From positions 25,234,001 to 25,298,000 of the forward strand of contig OX597819.1 of NCBI GenBank assembly GCA_951406725.2: a stretch of DNA of 64,000 nt, in the 5' to 3' direction. A program made the translations under genes and the position numbers. Shown in pieces: positions 1 through 14,636 of this stretch. Source of the stretch: Octopus vulgaris (lineage: Eukaryota). Numbering within the stretch: the first letter of the stretch is position 1; each line of letters starts with the position of its first letter. A model generated the notes under the pieces. It did not search any database. It saw only the letters and a list, made by a program, of their open reading frames with translations, and was not told the DNA's origin.

Positions 1-399
1 ATACTAAAGCAGGACAAACACTTCAAATCATATACAATATTGTTATTGGAAAAAATTCAAAGGCTAACAGCTGTTTCTGGGATATCCCTGAAGATGGGAT
101 ATTCCCTCATCACAGACAAATAAGGAAAATGAGTATGGCCAAAACCTATCAAAGTATATATACAGGGTGCCATGGGTAAATTCTCGCCATTTTATACTTT
201 TAATTTTGTGCATGCGCATTGTTTGTTTTTTGATTTTGTCGACTACACAGTATAGTAGGGTCAATTGGGCACTGTCTGTGAGAAAAAACAGCACAATGAT
301 GCAATTCACTCTGCCAGAAATTTGGAAACAACATGCTTGGTATTCACACTGGAAGCTCCAATACGGACATTTCAGTGCAATCTGAAGACATGTACTGGG

Positions 400-1020
400 A
401 GTGATATAAATCAAATATCCAGGCAACATCATGGTTTTTGGAGTGATCACTAGTGATGGCGATGTTATGTCTCCATCCATCTTCCCACATGGCCCCAGAC
501 TCAACATGGAGAGGCCTACATCAAATGCCTAAAGGAGGTAGTGCTGCTCTGGGTCAAGAGGGTGCTTGCTGGAAGACTCTATGTCTGGTAACAGGACTCT
601 CCACCATGCCGCACAAAAAAGAGAACCCAGTCATGGCTGTCAGACAATTTCTGTGACTACATCACCCCTAATGTCTGGCCACCTAACTCGACAAATTGCA
701 ACCCCTTTGATTATTAGGTGAGAGCACAGTTGAACAAGAGACCAATAATACCTCTTGTTATACCAAAGATGAACTGAAAGCAAGGATTATGGAAGCATTC
801 ACCAACTTAAATAAGGAAGCTGCCCAGAAGAGTTGCAGAGATTCAAAAGTCATCTGGCGGTCGTGGTTGAAGCCAATGGCGATTTTATTGAGTGAATTTA
901 CTCTTTAGTATTTCAAGATATTTTTATGTAATTTTGGTAAATATATCTGTTAAAATGAGATGTCAGTGTTATTTTCATTTTTGCATAGTTTAGAGATGAC
1001 AGCTTATTCACCACACCCTC
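400..1020 (+). mobile_element. Degenerate Tc1/mariner (maT/DD37D-like) transposase, 3' portion and right end
   Basis: Broken frames read IMVFGVITSDG, QDSPPC, TQSWLSDNFCDYITPNVWPPNS..NPFDY. The right end matches the reverse complement of 23864-23930. Confidence 0.75.
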
Positions 1021-1023
1021 ACT

Positions 1024-1382
<359 letters not shown>

Positions 1383-1383
<1 letters not shown>

Positions 1384-1654
1384 TAATAGCAATGGTAAGA
1401 CAACAAAAGAATGAAAATGTCCTTGATATTATATAAATAGAGGAATTTATTTGTAATATTGTGACAATTATTTGGTTACCATAATAAAACTCCAAGTTTC
1501 GGATGTTGGGGCGGAAACCTGCACCAGCATCTCTTCAGTTATCGTGGCAATTAAAATATATTATTTTAATTGCCTTGATAACTGAAGAGATGCCGGTACA
1601 GGTTTCCGCCCTGATATCCGAACTTGGAATTTTATCATGGCAACCGAATAGTTG

Positions 1655-1659
<5 letters not shown>
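1383..1659. mobile_element. Fold-back element with two inverted hammerhead-like motifs (Penelope pLTR-like)
   Basis: Imperfect inverted repeat 1460-1659. Each arm has CTGAAGA...GAA(A)C with long stem I complementarity. The tail 1383-1455 recurs at 31553-31627. Confidence 0.65.
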
Positions 1660-1695
<36 letters not shown>

Positions 1696-2094
1696 GTTAA
1701 ACCAAACATGAAAACACAAAGAGAACACACAACAACGTGAGGACATGTTGAAACGTCTATATATATATATATATATATATATATGTAATAAAATATTTTT
1801 ATTTGTCTGAAGTTGAAGCTTCACTACATTCACTACTCTAAGCTTTTTACTTCTGGGTATTAATACTATTTCCTTGAATTCTCTCAAAAATCAGAAACTA
1901 CAAGAAACAACAGTTTTGAAATAATATAACTGTTTATGCATCGTTATTTCTACATCACAAATGATAGAAAAGCCTTCAGTATAAGTCAAGGCGTATAATT
2001 ACTGTATTTATTTGAGTATAAGTTGCACTATTCTATACTTGATTTTAATGGAAAAAACTAGGATGTGACTTATACGTGAGGTAAAGCGAAGACA

Positions 2095-2319
2095 GCCCTT
2101 TCATTACTGTATTTATTTTGAGATGCTCTGTGTTTCTTTTAATTATTTTAGATGTAACAAAGAATTTAGTAAAGTAACTTAGTTATTATCAAGCTAGTGT
2201 TAGGAACGTAAATTGTGACTAAGGCTTGGTGGAATATTTTAATTCAAAACTTATGAAAACAAGATATTTTACCACAGAGCCAGAGCCGGTTTTGGCCAGG
2301 TTAGTAACAAAAGGGTTAA
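2095..2319. mobile_element. piggyBac-type non-autonomous element (copy of 6063-6283)
   Basis: CCCTTTC...AAAAGGG|TTAA ends; high similarity to 6063-6283. Confidence 0.75.
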
Positions 2320-3230
2320 AAGGAAAATTATTTTTTTTTACCAAGATTTAGCACTGAAATAGGGGTGCAACTTATACAGGAATACAAGTTATATATGAGT
2401 GCATCTGGTACATGAGTAAATACAATATATATATTGTATTCAGCTGATATTTCACTTTGTCACTACTTGGAGTTTATAATACATACTTTCAAAGATAAGT
2501 GTGAAAAATCCAGTAATATTGAATTGAATCTGTTATGTTTTTGTTGCCATTTAAATGCTTTTCCACCTGATCATGTAGCACCATTGACCTCGGTTACACC
2601 CCAACACATCTTTGCTTATACTAAACTTCACTGAGCACTGTGTGTGTGTGTGTGTGTTTGCAATGAAGTAAGTACCTGTTTAATTTTTTGTTTCTCTGTT
2701 AGATGTAAGTATTGTTGATTTTTATTTTATATTTCTGTCCTAAATTTCCTCTTTTAATATTTCCTCTCTTGTTTGTGCCATCTTTTGGCTTTCTCTTTCT
2801 TACTCACACTTTTTCTAATTTTTTTTTCTATTTTTTCCAACTTGTCTTGAATTGATCTCTGCCTTTCTAATACACGTTATTGCTTTTGACTTCTTAAAGT
2901 CAGTTTTGGTGATGGCCACATTTTTATTTATTTATTTATTATTTTTGTATTTTTTTTTTTTGCAAACTGCTTTGTTACATAAAGATATTTATAAAGCAAA
3001 CTAATTTATAATATTCAGATTTGTGTGTATAATTACTTTCAGAATAAATTGATATCCAACGCCTTATTTATACGGTTATTTTGTGCACGCATGTGTGTGT
3101 GTGTGTATGCATGTGGGAGATAATCTTAAGCCAGTTTCTTTATATAATTTAAAGTAATGTATAGATTAGTTCTCACTAATTTAATAGCAATTAATACTTA
3201 CTGACAGAAAATCCACATTGCCACTCCATA

Positions 3231-3390
3231 GGCGCAGGAGTGGCTGTGTGGTAAGTAGCTTGCTTACCAGCCACATGGTTCCGGGTTCAGTCCCACTGCG
3301 TGGCACCTAGGGCAAGTGTCTTCTACTATAGCCTTGGGCCAACCAAAGCCTTGTGAATGGATTTGGTAGACGGAAACTGAAAGAAGCCCG

Positions 3391-3431
<41 letters not shown>

Positions 3432-3646
3432 TATGTTTGTGTGTCTGTGTTTGTCCCCCCCAACATCGCTTAACAACCGATGTTGGTGTGTTTACGTCCC
3501 CATCACTTAGTGGTTCGGCAAAAAGGACCGATAGAATAAGTACTAGGCTTACAAAGAATAAGTCCTGGGGTTGATTTGCTTGACTAAAGGCAGTGCTCCA
3601 GCATGGCCGCAGTTAAATGACTGAAACAAATAAAGGAATAAAAGAA
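3231..3646 (+). mobile_element. SINE family A (tRNA-derived head, CORE-like segment, internal TA/TG microsatellite, AAAAGAGT tail)
   Basis: A box TGGCTGTGTGG, B box GGTTCAGTCC, and (CC)T(T/A)GGGCAAGTGTCTT; more than 15 copies in the window. Confidence 0.9.
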
Positions 3647-4499
3647 TTGCCCTTTAAAATATTTCTTCTCCTTTTCTTTCATTTTTCTCTGCTCTCCTGC
3701 ATTTTCTCTGTACATAGAGCCTCTACATGGTTGTCAAAGTTGCTAGAAATGACAGTCAAATCTTTAATCACATCATACCACAAATGAAGATACACTGATT
3801 AATTAAGTCCTATATATACTCTATACTTACATTAATCAAATTTAGCATTAGCCAATGCGGAAGCTTCTACATGAGTGGTTCTTAACCTGGGTCAACATGA
3901 CCATTGGGAGTTCATGTAAGATTTAGGTGTTAAAATATGTGCCATAAATTAGTTATACTTTACAATACACAAAATATTTTAGCAATTTCTTAAATACAAT
4001 TCTGGCTTGATATAATTTTGACTGGGGACTGTAAGCTGGACTCAGCCCAGAGTTAATAAGATGCCAACCCTGGCTCTATATGTACTATGTGTGTGTGTGT
4101 GCGCGTGAATGCGTGGGTGTATATATTCCCAAAATATATTTATTATCTAATTATTGTTATTTGTTTCCAAATAAACTGACAGCATGCCATTGTTAATAAT
4201 GATAAGAAGAACATTTCTTTATAATCTTTGAAGCTTCATACTCAAAACTGTGCTGAATAAAAAAGCCTTTCACTCACATTTGTGTCATTTTTATAAAGAC
4301 ATTTCTTATTTGTTACATATTTTCTTCATCAAATGTCTGACTTATGCAGCTTATTTCAGTCATTACGATTAACACAATATAACTGGTATTAATATAAGTG
4401 TGCGAGCGTGCGCATATATATATATATATATATATACCAAAAGACCTATCTATAAATGCTCTAATATCTACACAGCCTTGATTTTTTATCTTATTACAT

Positions 4500-4997
<498 letters not shown>

Positions 4998-5674
4998 TCG
5001 AAACTGCACCTTCACAAACATCATTTTATACAGCTTTGCTTCATAAATTCGCACGACATTTAATAAATGTATTTTCGTGTTTACAAATATTTAAACATGT
5101 GTTGCATGTATGTACTTATTTAAAAATCTATGTGTATCTATCTATCTATATATATATGAGTATGTGTTCCTAATTGTGTGTTATTGTTTGTATGTATCAC
5201 AGTTTATATGTACATATACATATATATATACATTCGCTTGGAGTACTTACGTAAAAATTTGTTTTCAAGGGAGATAACACTCATCAATACACTTGAGAGT
5301 TACTTCCCTTATACTAATCGCGCTTTCTCGCATTTATTTCTCCTATTTTCTTTCGTTTCCTTAAATTTTTACCGCTTTTTTTTTGCTGGTTCTGGATCAA
5401 CTTTACAATCTATGGAAACTATAATAGAATTACTAGAATTTTCTCTGATACTCACTCTCTCTTTCTCTTTCTCTCGCTTGCATACATGCTCTTACATGCA
5501 ATACACAAGAAACACGCTAATGCGACTATTTCTACTTGGTTGAGAGACATGCTTGAAATAGCAGCTAAATCTCCTTCAAACAACATCCTATCTTATAAAA
5601 AAAAAAAAAAAATGAAAAAAATCCCCAAACCCAGAAACAAAAGAAAAAAGATGAGATACTCATAACCAGAATTG

Positions 5675-6344
5675 GCATCTTTTCGGTTTGAACGGCAGTT
5701 TTTTCTAGCGGTGTCATATGAAATTGTCACCCATAATTATAACCCTAGAATCGATCTATTGCATTTCGATCTGTTTTAGGGTTAGGATTAGTTAGGGTTA
5801 GGGTTAGGGTTAGGTGTGGAGGGAAGGGTATCTTTTTTTTTCTTCACAAATGTAAATAAACCCAATCTGTTTCTTAAACGAGGGACATATTCATACGGCA
5901 CAGAATGTTTTTTTTTTACCTCAATAGACGTCACTGATTGGTTGAAAATGCAGAAATTGAAGAAAATCAACAACAAATATCTTACAAACTATAGAATTTT
6001 CTCAATAAAGCCAAGAGAAAAATATGTTTTATAAACACATTCTACCAGTATATGAAGTTTAACTCTTTCGTTACCATATTTATTTTGAGATGCTCTGTGT
6101 TTCTTTCAATTATTTTAGATGTAACAAAGAATTTAGTAAAATAACTTAGTTATCATTAAGCTAGTGTTAGGAACATAAATTGTGATTAAGGTTTGGTGGA
6201 AGATTTTAATCCAAAATTTATGAAAACAAGACATTTGTCCTACAGAGCCAGAGCCAGTTTCAGTCGGGTTGGTAACGAAAGGGTTAAAATGTTTTAGTTA
6301 CCTAGAAATTATGTTAAAAACTGCCGTTCAAACTGAAAAGATCC
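5675..6344. mobile_element. MITE with about 28-bp TIRs and 8-9 bp TSD, containing a short (TTAGGG)n tract
   Basis: TIR ATCTTTTCGGTTTGAACGGCAGTTTTT / AAAAACTGCCGTTCAAACTGAAAAGAT; flanked by (C)CAGAATTG on both sides. Confidence 0.85.
6063..6283. mobile_element. piggyBac-type non-autonomous element nested in the MITE
   Basis: TTAA|CTCTTTCGTTACCA...TGGTAACGAAAGGG|TTAA: TTAA TSD plus TIRs. Confidence 0.85.
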
Positions 6345-6623
6345 CAGAATTGTTTCGAACAGAGCTCTACTCTATCTGGGCGAAACTAAAACGTTAACAA
6401 ATAACGAATTGTATGATAATGCATTCTGTTAGCACAATAACATTTTGGAACAATTTTAATATCTAAAACATTAATGATGATCAGATTTGATAGTAACACA
6501 TACATACATAAATAGAGTAAATTAATGCATAACAAATCAAATGACTTCTCTGATTGATAACATTAATTGATCATTAGTTATAACCATTAAATAATTGTGC
6601 GTGTATGTGTGTATGTATGTATG

Positions 6624-6670
<47 letters not shown>

Positions 6671-7019
6671 TCGATTAACGTCCATTAACCGTGTAGGTAT
6701 GGGTTAGACTATGTAATATATGTATATATGTATCTAAATATATATGTATACATATATATATTTAAATATATATGGACACAAATGTATATATACATATGAA
6801 TATATAAAATGCATACCTGCATACAAACATATATATATATAATGTATGTGTGTCATTTCAAACATGTATAGAAATGTATATATATATATATACATACAAA
6901 TACACACATACACATATATATATAATGTAGGTGTGTCAATTCACACACATATAGAAATGTATGTACACAAATATATTTATATATATATATATATGAATAT
7001 ATAAATACATACATACATG

Positions 7020-7051
<32 letters not shown>

Positions 7052-8587
7052 TACACACACACACACACACACATACACACAATATACATATCATCATAAT
7101 CATCAATTAACATTAATTTTTCCATGATGGTATGAGTTGGACTATATAATATATTTGTATTTATGTGTATAAATATATATGTATGTCAATCCACACACAT
7201 ATAGAAATGTATGTATGATTTTATATATAAATATATATATATATGTGTGTGTGTGTATATATATGCATTATTTAACACACATACATGCACACACATACAT
7301 ATGGATGCACACCTTATATCCATGAAATTAGGGAAAATCTATTTTTTATTATAAAATGTGAATGTAGAAAAATTCATAAACAATCTTATTTCTGAATCTA
7401 TTTGATACTTTTATCTCTTTTTTCTCATTAATTGCTTTGCCTGCTTCGTTAATTTCTTTGCTTTCTGTCTGTTTCTTTTGAGCTTTAAATTAGCATTATT
7501 CAACTATTTCATCTCCTTATCCAACTGAAAATCTCTTGAAACATTGACAATCAAATGTATTTAAATGAATCAATTTATAAGATTCTGTATTTTTCTTCAT
7601 ATTAACTAAGTATTACTTGAGTAAAAATGGAAGACCTACTAATTATTATATACATAATACAAAATATATTCTAAGATAATGTAATGTTAATAAATTTTTT
7701 TTTAATATAGTATATTAGTATAATATCATAATTATCATAATAATTTAAATACATAATTACTAATTTAAACATAATTACTAATTATCTTATATTGAGCTAA
7801 ATTCAATTTTTCTGACTAAAAAGAAAAACAATAAATAAATGATTGAGAGCCAAAGAAACATATTTTTACTTACATCTCTGAAGCATGATGAAGAAAATTT
7901 CAGAATAAATTATGTTTGTAATTGAAATGTTTTCATTTTATGTAATTTAACTTAATACTTGTCGTTTATAAATCCTCAAGAATATTTTTCTAAATTTTCA
8001 ATGCTTTTTTAAATCAAAGGCGCTAACTGCCTATTGTTTTTCCTACATTTAAATGCTTAGATATTTTATTATTTTAGAAGTTTTAAAATATAAAAATTAA
8101 AAAGTACTTTTTTTACAATGGTTTTTAAGTAATCCATGTAACTAAATTGATTTGGACATCAATTGAAGAGAGGACACATCATTTTATTATATTCTTAATA
8201 ATCCTAATCTTAATAAAAAAAAATCATCCAAATATGATATTAGGCTTGCAGGCAATATTTCTATGTTAACAATGAACTTGCTTTTAAATGTTAAAAAAGA
8301 GAGAAAGGGAGCTGTGGTTGAAGTACCTGTTGAATTGTTGTGTGTGTGTGTGTGTAATATTTTATTTTATTATTTTATGTTATGTAGCATAGCCTGAAAC
8401 ATAATACAAAATACCAAGTTTGCTGGAAATCTTTGAGAAAACCACAACATGACATATCTTTCGTCTGTCTTATTGCTGAATCTCTTGTCTCTCATAAGGC
8501 TTTACTTTCTGTATTTCTTTTTTTATTATTATTATTATTATTATTTTACAAAGTTTATATTTATATTCTTTTCCTTCATTCCACTAG

Positions 8588-8752
8588 ATAACAAATGGTC
8601 TAAATGGAGTAGCTGGACAAACTGCAGCTCTAAATGTGGCGGAGGTCTTCGGTACCGCAAACGTAACTGTCTTTCTTCTCACCCAGAGGTGTTGGCTTAT
8701 TGTAAAGGACCCCAAATGGAAGTGATGCATTGCAATATGCAACCGTGTCATG
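8588..8752 (+). CDS. SEMA5: Semaphorin-5-like gene, internal TSP type-1 exon (upstream exons lie outside the window or were not recognised)
   Basis: Pyrimidine tract plus AG at 8586-87 and donor G|GTAATT at 8753; 165 nt, phase 1-1. Encodes NKWSKWSSWTNCSSKCGGGLRYRKRNC...C...C...C, the canonical TSP1 WxxWxxWxxCSxxCGxGxxxRxRxC pattern. Confidence 0.85.
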
Positions 8753-8786
8753 GTAATTTAACCTTCTATGACAGCTTGACAATTTT

Positions 8787-8824
<38 letters not shown>

Positions 8825-9019
8825 ACTTTTCAATGATTTAATGAGATTTATAACTTTGGATAATTTCTTACAAATTCATCACTTTCTCCTCTTTACAAGA
8901 GAATCATTAAATATAACATAACGTAATATATTATAATACAATATAATACACTATAATGTAATATAATATAATAGAATATAACAACACAATAGAATACTGA
9001 ATATAAAATGGCACTAATA

Positions 9020-9247
9020 TTAACCTTTTGATTCCAACCCACCTGAGACTGTCTTTGGTTCTATGATATATAAAATTTCTCTTTTAAAGTGATCCAAATT
9101 AAAGCCTGTTAAAATCTCACGTTAATCATGTTCCAAACACCTGCTTGATTATGACATTAGTCATTTTACTAAATTCTTCATTATTTTCAAAATCATTTGA
9201 GGTAAAGGCAGTGGATTTCTGGAGAGACATGGAAATGAAAAGGTTAA
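9020..9247. mobile_element. Older inverted copy of the same piggyBac-type element
   Basis: TTAACCTTTT...AAAAGGTTAA ends; degenerate reverse-complement similarity to 6063-6283. Confidence 0.6.
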
Positions 9248-9496
9248 AGCATACAAGCAACTATTTTATTTTATGAATAAATTTGTCTTTTGGTGAAGGA
9301 ACATATTATAGAATAAATTGTATTTGATAAGATGAGATTCATTGAAACCTGTAATATTTTCTTTATATAATTTTCTAATTAATTTTTTATTAAATTCCCT
9401 CTTAAACTGAAATGTCTTAGACTTGCTTCTGTGCTATTTCCACCTCCATCTTTTATATATAAAAATTTGATTTGTATAGATCTCTAAGCTTTTTTC

Positions 9497-9545
<49 letters not shown>

Positions 9546-9546
<1 letters not shown>

Positions 9547-10690
9547 TAGCTGGTGTACCTGGTAATTCCTGGGGGTAAAGATGTTCTATTGAAATGCTTT
9601 ATAACTCTAAGAAAGCAATTTCATTATAACTTCCACAAAAGGTGTATTTTCCATCATGAAAAAAATATTAAAAAAACTGTCAGCTGGAGGAGGGAGAGAT
9701 TGCTGGAGGTTGGCAACTCTCATGCCATTGCATAATTTTAGGGGATCGAGGTTTCTTAAAAGCATAACTGGGGCTCCAACCTTTAGATGCAATTCATGCA
9801 GTGGTAGACCTGAAGGTGCAAGGCTATTGAAGAATTCAACGGGGTAATGAACAGCATCATTGGTGTGGAGTACAATATCAATTGACATGTATGTGCGACG
9901 ATTGTCAAGCAGTTGTTCCAGAAGGTGATTGTTTATGCCATCGACTGCAACATTTTTTGGCACCAAAATTGCAGTTTTCTCAGTTTTCTCAGCCAACAGT
10001 GGTCTGTGAATTGTGTGTTCAGATTGGGGAAAACTCTCACCAATAGTTCGTGTATATTTGACACCAAATTGCCAAAGGGTAAACTAATCTTCCCCTTCTG
10101 CTCAATAATTACAGAACCAGTTCCAATATCCATTAATTGCCTGCAGAAGTTCTGCATGTGTGCATCACCACCTAACTGCACTCTCATGTTTGTTGTGAGT
10201 TTCAACTTTCTAACCTTGCCCCAAAGGTATGAAGATTTGAGGCTCACACTTACCTCATCTGCTCTCGTCCCCTTTCGAATGACTGTGAGTGTTTGTCGAA
10301 AGTCTCCTGCAAGGAGTACTGTTAGGCCACCAATTAGTCTTGAGTTGCACCTCGGATCTTGAAGTAATCTGTCAAAAGCCCCCTTATGACTCATTGTTGC
10401 TTCATCCCAAATGATCAATTTGCACTCAGTGGATGACTTTGAGATCAGGCAGCTCATCCATCCTCCCCTGAGCGCATTTCAAGCTATTCACATAGGTATG
10501 AGTTGAATGAAGCATTGTCTGTAATTTTTGCAATCAGACGTTTGTCAACACCTTCATTCAGCCTGCACCATTGGTCAACTTCCTCATCGTCACCTCCCAT
10601 AAAATACACCTGGACAAATTTCAGCTCAGCATCTGGTAAAGCTCTTAGGCTTCCCACTTAATTATAGCATTGACACCTGATTTTGATATC
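9546..10690 (-). mobile_element. Internally deleted Helitron (RepHel pseudogene: N-terminal segment fused to a PIF1 helicase fragment) with 3' CTAG end
   Basis: Minus-strand motifs IIWDEATM, LLAGDFRQ, LTTNMR, LKVGAPVMLLRNLDPLKLCNG and N-terminal KIRCQCYN*VGSL...KFVQVYFMG. Degenerate GC hairpin then CTAG|T at 9546. The 5' end was not located. Confidence 0.85.
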
Positions 10691-11498
10691 AGAAAAAAAA
10701 TAAAAGAAAGAAAATGGAGAAATTGATTTATAAATACTGATTTATTGAAACAAATCTAGTTTTGAACAATATCAAACTCATAGAAGCTGCAATTGTTCCC
10801 ATGTACAATTAATTAATTCAAATAATTAATAATCCTCTGAATAACCCTAAACTTTAACTTTATACAACATAGCAATATTGTTTACAATATTTAACTATAG
10901 TACTACATGATAAGATTTCCCCTATTTCATTATCAATGGCCTGCTAGTGGCCAACCCCTTTAATTGTCAGTTAACATCTTGATTTAGGTTTTTCCTTTAC
11001 CAAATCTCATGATATTTCTTCTAATAAATCTTGATTTTTTTATGACTATACCCACTATGATTTCTGTCTACTCCCACAGCCCTACCCCAAACAGACACTG
11101 TCCCTTGTTCTCTCGGCTTTAGATATACAAGGATTTGATAAAACTAGTCTATAAATTAAAACTGACCCCATAAAAAACAGTGACAAGCAAAATCTGTAAC
11201 AAGTCTCTCTTCCTGATACCTTAGTAGCTTCTAAGCTGAAGTGAAGGCAGCATGTTCTTTGTCTATCTCCATAACTTCTTGGAGATTTTAAGTAAAATTA
11301 TACTAATGTGTCCATCTGTTTTAATTTAATTAAATTCTGTGTCTTTGTGCAACTGAGGATTGCTCTGTATTTAAATTGATGAAATGGTTGCATTGTTCAA
11401 TTAAATGAAGTTGCGTGAAATGATTGTACTGCATTACCTCTGGATATTCTTGTTGCTTATTTAGATTTATGTGTATATATATGTATATATATATAAGC

Positions 11499-11536
<38 letters not shown>

Positions 11537-11609
11537 TTGGAAATGGATGTATGCCATTCATTCATACAGTAATATAAATAAAATATATATATAGGCATAT
11601 ATACATACA

Positions 11610-11664
<55 letters not shown>

Positions 11665-12548
11665 GTATGTATGTATATACATATATCGGTACAGGACAAC
11701 ACATGTGCATTTATATATGCATATACATATATATGCATATGTATATATATGTATATGCATATACATATATATCCATATGTATATATGCATATAGATATAT
11801 ATGAATATATATGAATATATATGCATATATATGTATATGCATATATATATATATGCATATAAATATATATGCATATATATATATGCATATATATGTTTAT
11901 GCATACATATGTATGTGCATATATAAATGCATATATATATGTGTATTCGCATATATATATGCAAATATATATATATGCACATATATATATACATACACAT
12001 ATATATATGTATATATACATACACACATATACGCATACACCGCAAAAGCATATATTTCCATTTTTTTTTGAGTAGGTTTCATGTCTTTGTGCACATGTGT
12101 GTGCACATGCCTGTACATGTGTTGGTGTCTGAGGTAATAGCTTTCTTTTTTTTGACGACGAGGCAGCATTTCCGAATAGGTATGTAGCCTCAAGTGATTC
12201 GAATAATCACAAAAGCATCCGCACCTGCACCATCAAGTAATTCCTAATAGATATCAGTGCTATACAGGTTTAATTAAAACTTTGGCTTGCAACAGCTTAC
12301 AACTGTCAAGGAGATTTAAAGTATGAGACACAAAATAATAAGAAGAAATACGAATTCTAATGAAACTCGTAAAGAGATCTCAGGCTAAGACGTTGGCATC
12401 AAAGTGAAGTTGAGTCTTGTTAGGTTATAAAGTAATTTGATATTTTGATATGAATACATATGCATATGTATACATATGTGTGTTTTAGTATGTATATATG
12501 CAAATATATATATATATAAACGCACGCACATTTTATATATAATATATA

Positions 12549-12711
12549 GTCGCAGGAGTGGCTGTGTGGTAAGTAGCTTGCTAATCAACCACATGGTTCC
12601 GGGTTCAGTCCCACTGTGTGGCATCTTGGGCAAGTGTCTTCTGCTATAGCCCTGTGCCGACAAATGCCTTGTGAGTGGATTTGGTTGACGGAAACTGAAA
12701 GAAGCCTGTCG

Positions 12712-12752
<41 letters not shown>

Positions 12753-12956
12753 CTGTGTTTGTCCCCCTAGTATTGCTTGACAACCGATGCTGGTGTGTTT
12801 ACGTCCCCGTTACTTAGCGGTTTGGCAAAAAAAGAGACCAATAGAATAAGTACTGGGCTTTCAAAGAATAAACCCCGGGGTTGATTTGCTCGACTAAAGG
12901 CTGTGCTCCAGCATGGCCGCAGTCAAATGACTGAAACAAGTAAAAGAGTAAAGAGT
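12549..12956 (+). mobile_element. SINE family A
   Basis: Full-length match to 3231-3646. Confidence 0.9.
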
Positions 12957-12981
12957 ATATATATATATATATATATATATT

Positions 12982-13205
12982 ACTCTTTTACTCTTTTACT
13001 TGTTTCAGTCATTTGACTGCAGCCATGCTGGAGCACAGCCTTTAGTCGAGCGAATCGACCCCTGGACTTATTCTTTGTAAGCCTAGTACTTATTCTATTT
13101 GTCTCTTTTGCCAAACCGCTAAGTTATAGGAACGCAAACACATCAGCATCAGTTGTCAAGCGATGTTGGGAGGACAAACACAGACACACAAACACATACA
13201 CATAC
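12982..13205 (-). mobile_element. SINE family A, 3' half
   Basis: Reverse complement of the tail and 3' body. Confidence 0.85.
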
Positions 13206-13209
13206 ATAA

Positions 13210-13612
13210 GTGTAGGAGTGGCTGTGTGGTAAGTTGCTTGCTTACCAACCACATGGTTCCAGGTTCTGTCCCACTGCGTGGCACCTTGGGTAAGTGTCTT
13301 CTACTATAGCCTCGGGCCGACCAAAGTCTTGTGAGTGGATTTGGTAGATGGAAACTGAAAGAAGCCCATCGTATATATGTATATATATATGTGTGTATGT
13401 GTTTGTGTGTCTGTGTTTGTCCCTCCCCAACATCATTTGACAACCGATGCTGGTGTGTTTACATCTCCGTAACTTAGCGGTTCGGCAAAAGAGGCCGATA
13501 GAATAACTACTAGGCTTACAAAGAATAAGTCCTGGGGTCGATTTGCTCGACTAAAGGCGGTGCTCCAGCATGGCCACAGTCAAATGACTGAAACAAGTAA
13601 AAGAGTAAAAGC
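13210..13612 (+). mobile_element. SINE family A
   Basis: Full-length copy. Confidence 0.9.
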
Positions 13613-13613
13613 G

Positions 13614-13645
<32 letters not shown>

Positions 13646-13993
13646 TAATCCTACAGCAGGCTAGAACCTTCTCCAGGAGGAAATGTATACACCACAGAAT
13701 GGCTAAGGAAATACCTTTGGCATTTTTTGTGTATGTGCGTGTATGTATGTGTGCATGCATGTTTCTCCTAATGGCAAATCAATGAATGCATACTTAAAAG
13801 TGCATATTTGTTAGTATGTGTATGCATGTACTTACACATCACTTTTGTGTTTAGACACAAAACACACATCTACATATATGAATGTAAATGATACATATGT
13901 ATCCATCTACATATGCTAGTAAGTATGTATGCACATATACATCTGTAAGTGCAAATTTGTGCATCTGCACATAATATATATAAGGTATATATA

Positions 13994-14407
13994 GGCGCAG
14001 GAGTGGCTGTGTGGTAAGTAGCTTGTTTACCAACCACATGTTTTCGGGTTCAGTCCCACTGAGTGGCACCTTGGACAAGTGTCTTCTACTATAGCCTCGG
14101 GCCGACCAAAGCCTTGTGAGTGGATTTGGTAGACGGAAACTGAAAGAAGCCCGTCCTATATATGTATGTATATGTATGTGCGTGTATGTTTGTGTGTCTG
14201 TGTTTGTTCCCCTAGCATTGCTTGACAACCGATGGTGGTGTGTTTATGTCGCCGTCACTTAGCGGTTCGGCAAAAGAGACTGATAGAATAAGTACTGGGC
14301 GTACAAAAGAATAAGTCCCAGGGTCGAGTTGCTCGACTAAAGGCGGTGCCCCAGCATGGCCGCAGTCAAATGACTGAAACAAGTAAAAGAGTAAAAGAGT
14401 AAAGAGT
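13994..14407 (+). mobile_element. SINE family A (a further 5' fragment at about 14470-14605)
   Basis: Full-length copy with (GTAAAAGA)n tail. Confidence 0.9.
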
Positions 14408-14636
14408 ATATGTTACCTATTTCTGCCTACCCATATTTCCAACTCTCATTCTACCATGAAATAAGTTGGGTTTCTGGCTGTGTGGTAAGCAGCTTGCTTA
14501 CCAACCACATGGTTCGGGGTTCATTCCCACTGTGTGGCACCTTGGGCAAGTGTCTTCTACTATAGCCTCAGGCCAACCAAAGTCTTGTGAGTGAATTTGG
14601 TAGAGGGAACAAGAACAGGACAGTGGAGACAGACAA

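Noticed and set aside
3231-3300. tRNA gene
   Set aside because: The A and B boxes belong to a multi-copy SINE head; there is no complete cloverleaf.
5776-5815. Chromosomal telomere
   Set aside because: Short, imperfect and inside a MITE.
9607-10457. Host PIF1 helicase gene
   Set aside because: Frameshifted and truncated, linked to a Helitron N-terminal motif and a CTAG end.
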